This document shows positions 42,134 through 42,454 of a stretch of 42,454 nucleotides of DNA, one piece after another. The position numbers were made by a program, and so were the translations under genes. Origin of the DNA: Pirellulales bacterium. GTDB lineage: Bacteria > Planctomycetota > Planctomycetia > Pirellulales > Thermoguttaceae. Numbering within the stretch: position 1 is the stretch's first letter; the number at the start of each line of letters is the position of its first letter. Location: positions 1-42,454 of the forward strand of contig JAFGTN010000578.1 in NCBI GenBank assembly GCA_016934075.1, written 5' to 3'. The notes below the pieces were generated by a model. That model searched no databases. It was not told where the DNA came from and saw only the letters and a list, made by a program, of their open reading frames with translations.

Positions 42134-42454
42134 TCAAAGGCCATTGTTTTGCTTTTTGACTTCTTGTCTTTTCGGAATCAAAAAAGATGCGAAGCCATAT
42201 ATTCGCCTCAACTCTCTTACCCCCCCGGGCATCGCAATCCAAACCAAAATAAATACACCGACGCCAACGAGGAAAGAAAATAATACTTGAAGAAAAACGC
42301 TTTGCGATACGATCAAAAAAGAAGAACAGGATAACACAGCGCCCATAACGATACTTGCTACCATTGGCCGCCAGACACTTATAAAAAACGTGCCTATGGT
42401 CACAGGCGTGTATCTAAAGCAATACCACAAAGATGGGGCCAATTCGAGATTCCA
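42134..42454 (-). CDS. 3' end of a multi-pass membrane protein, probably the Wzx-type (MOP family) flippase; gene continues beyond the window
   Basis: The track 'M' at 42440-42442 is TTG, and the frame stays open to nt 42454 (…W N L E L A P S L W…). There are three hydrophobic helices followed by a short basic tail, as at the C-terminus of polysaccharide flippases. Confidence 0.45.
   Translation of the reverse strand, partial: WNLELAPSLWYCFRYTPVTIGTFFISVWRPMVASIVMGAVLSCSSFLIVSQSVFLQVLFSFLVGVGVFILVWIAMPGGVRELRRIYGFASFLIPKRQEVKKQNNGL

Noticed and set aside
1-42454. Search for tRNA/rRNA genes, CRISPR arrays, IS elements, integrases, prophage or known defence-system genes
   Set aside because: Beyond the 12-bp coding repeat there is no repeat-spacer periodicity and no long terminal inverted repeats. 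No transposase, integrase or recombinase-like ORFs were recognised, and no tRNA-like sequence in the two long intergenic regions. This was a visual inspection only.

Overview
All calls come from reading the ORF translations and the DNA by eye; no BLAST or HMM search was run, so family names are motif-level recognitions. The window looks like a Planctomycetota-type chromosome segment. That is an inference from an LEDRRLLA N-terminal motif, PEP-CTERM and dockerin-like modules, a giant TPR protein and a Hanks-type kinase.

Left part (1-16.5 kb):
- a 5'-truncated PEP-CTERM/dockerin surface protein
- a URO-D-fold enzyme
- a 2003-aa secreted protein built around a clostripain-like (C11) cysteine peptidase core, with about six PPC-like modules, four Ig-like modules and a dockerin-like tail
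- a two-gene minus-strand operon: a 1667-aa membrane-anchored TPR protein followed by a membrane Ser/Thr kinase

Right part (16.9 kb to the window edge): 21 co-directional minus-strand genes, tightly packed or overlapping, form a Wzx/Wzy-type glycan (O-antigen/EPS-like) locus. It contains:
- a WecB-like 2-epimerase, a WbuB-like GT4, a heparinase II/III-like protein and a two-domain oxidoreductase
- the WbuX/HisH/HisF-type acetamidino cassette
- a PaaK/F390-synthetase-like ligase fused to a SAM methyltransferase, coupled to a CapA(PGA_cap)-like protein
- two tandem paralogous GT2 genes, a thymidylate-kinase-fold P-loop protein and two more GT4 genes
- a membrane-tethered minimal nucleotidyltransferase, a GT2 with TM tail and a Wzy-like polymerase
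- a TagF-like phosphotransferase, two LicC-like nucleotidyltransferases (one fused to a Cys-rich domain), a class V aminotransferase and the 3' end of a flippase-like gene

GC content visibly drops across the locus. The best candidates for undescribed biology are the aminotransferase + LicC-like + TagF-like phospho-substituent module, the ligase-methyltransferase/CapA-like pair, and the orphan membrane nucleotidyltransferase and P-loop kinase. No rRNA, tRNA, CRISPR array, transposase or integrase was recognised. Several 'M' starts in the supplied ORF track are actually GTG or TTG codons (checked in the DNA), so some starts were moved.
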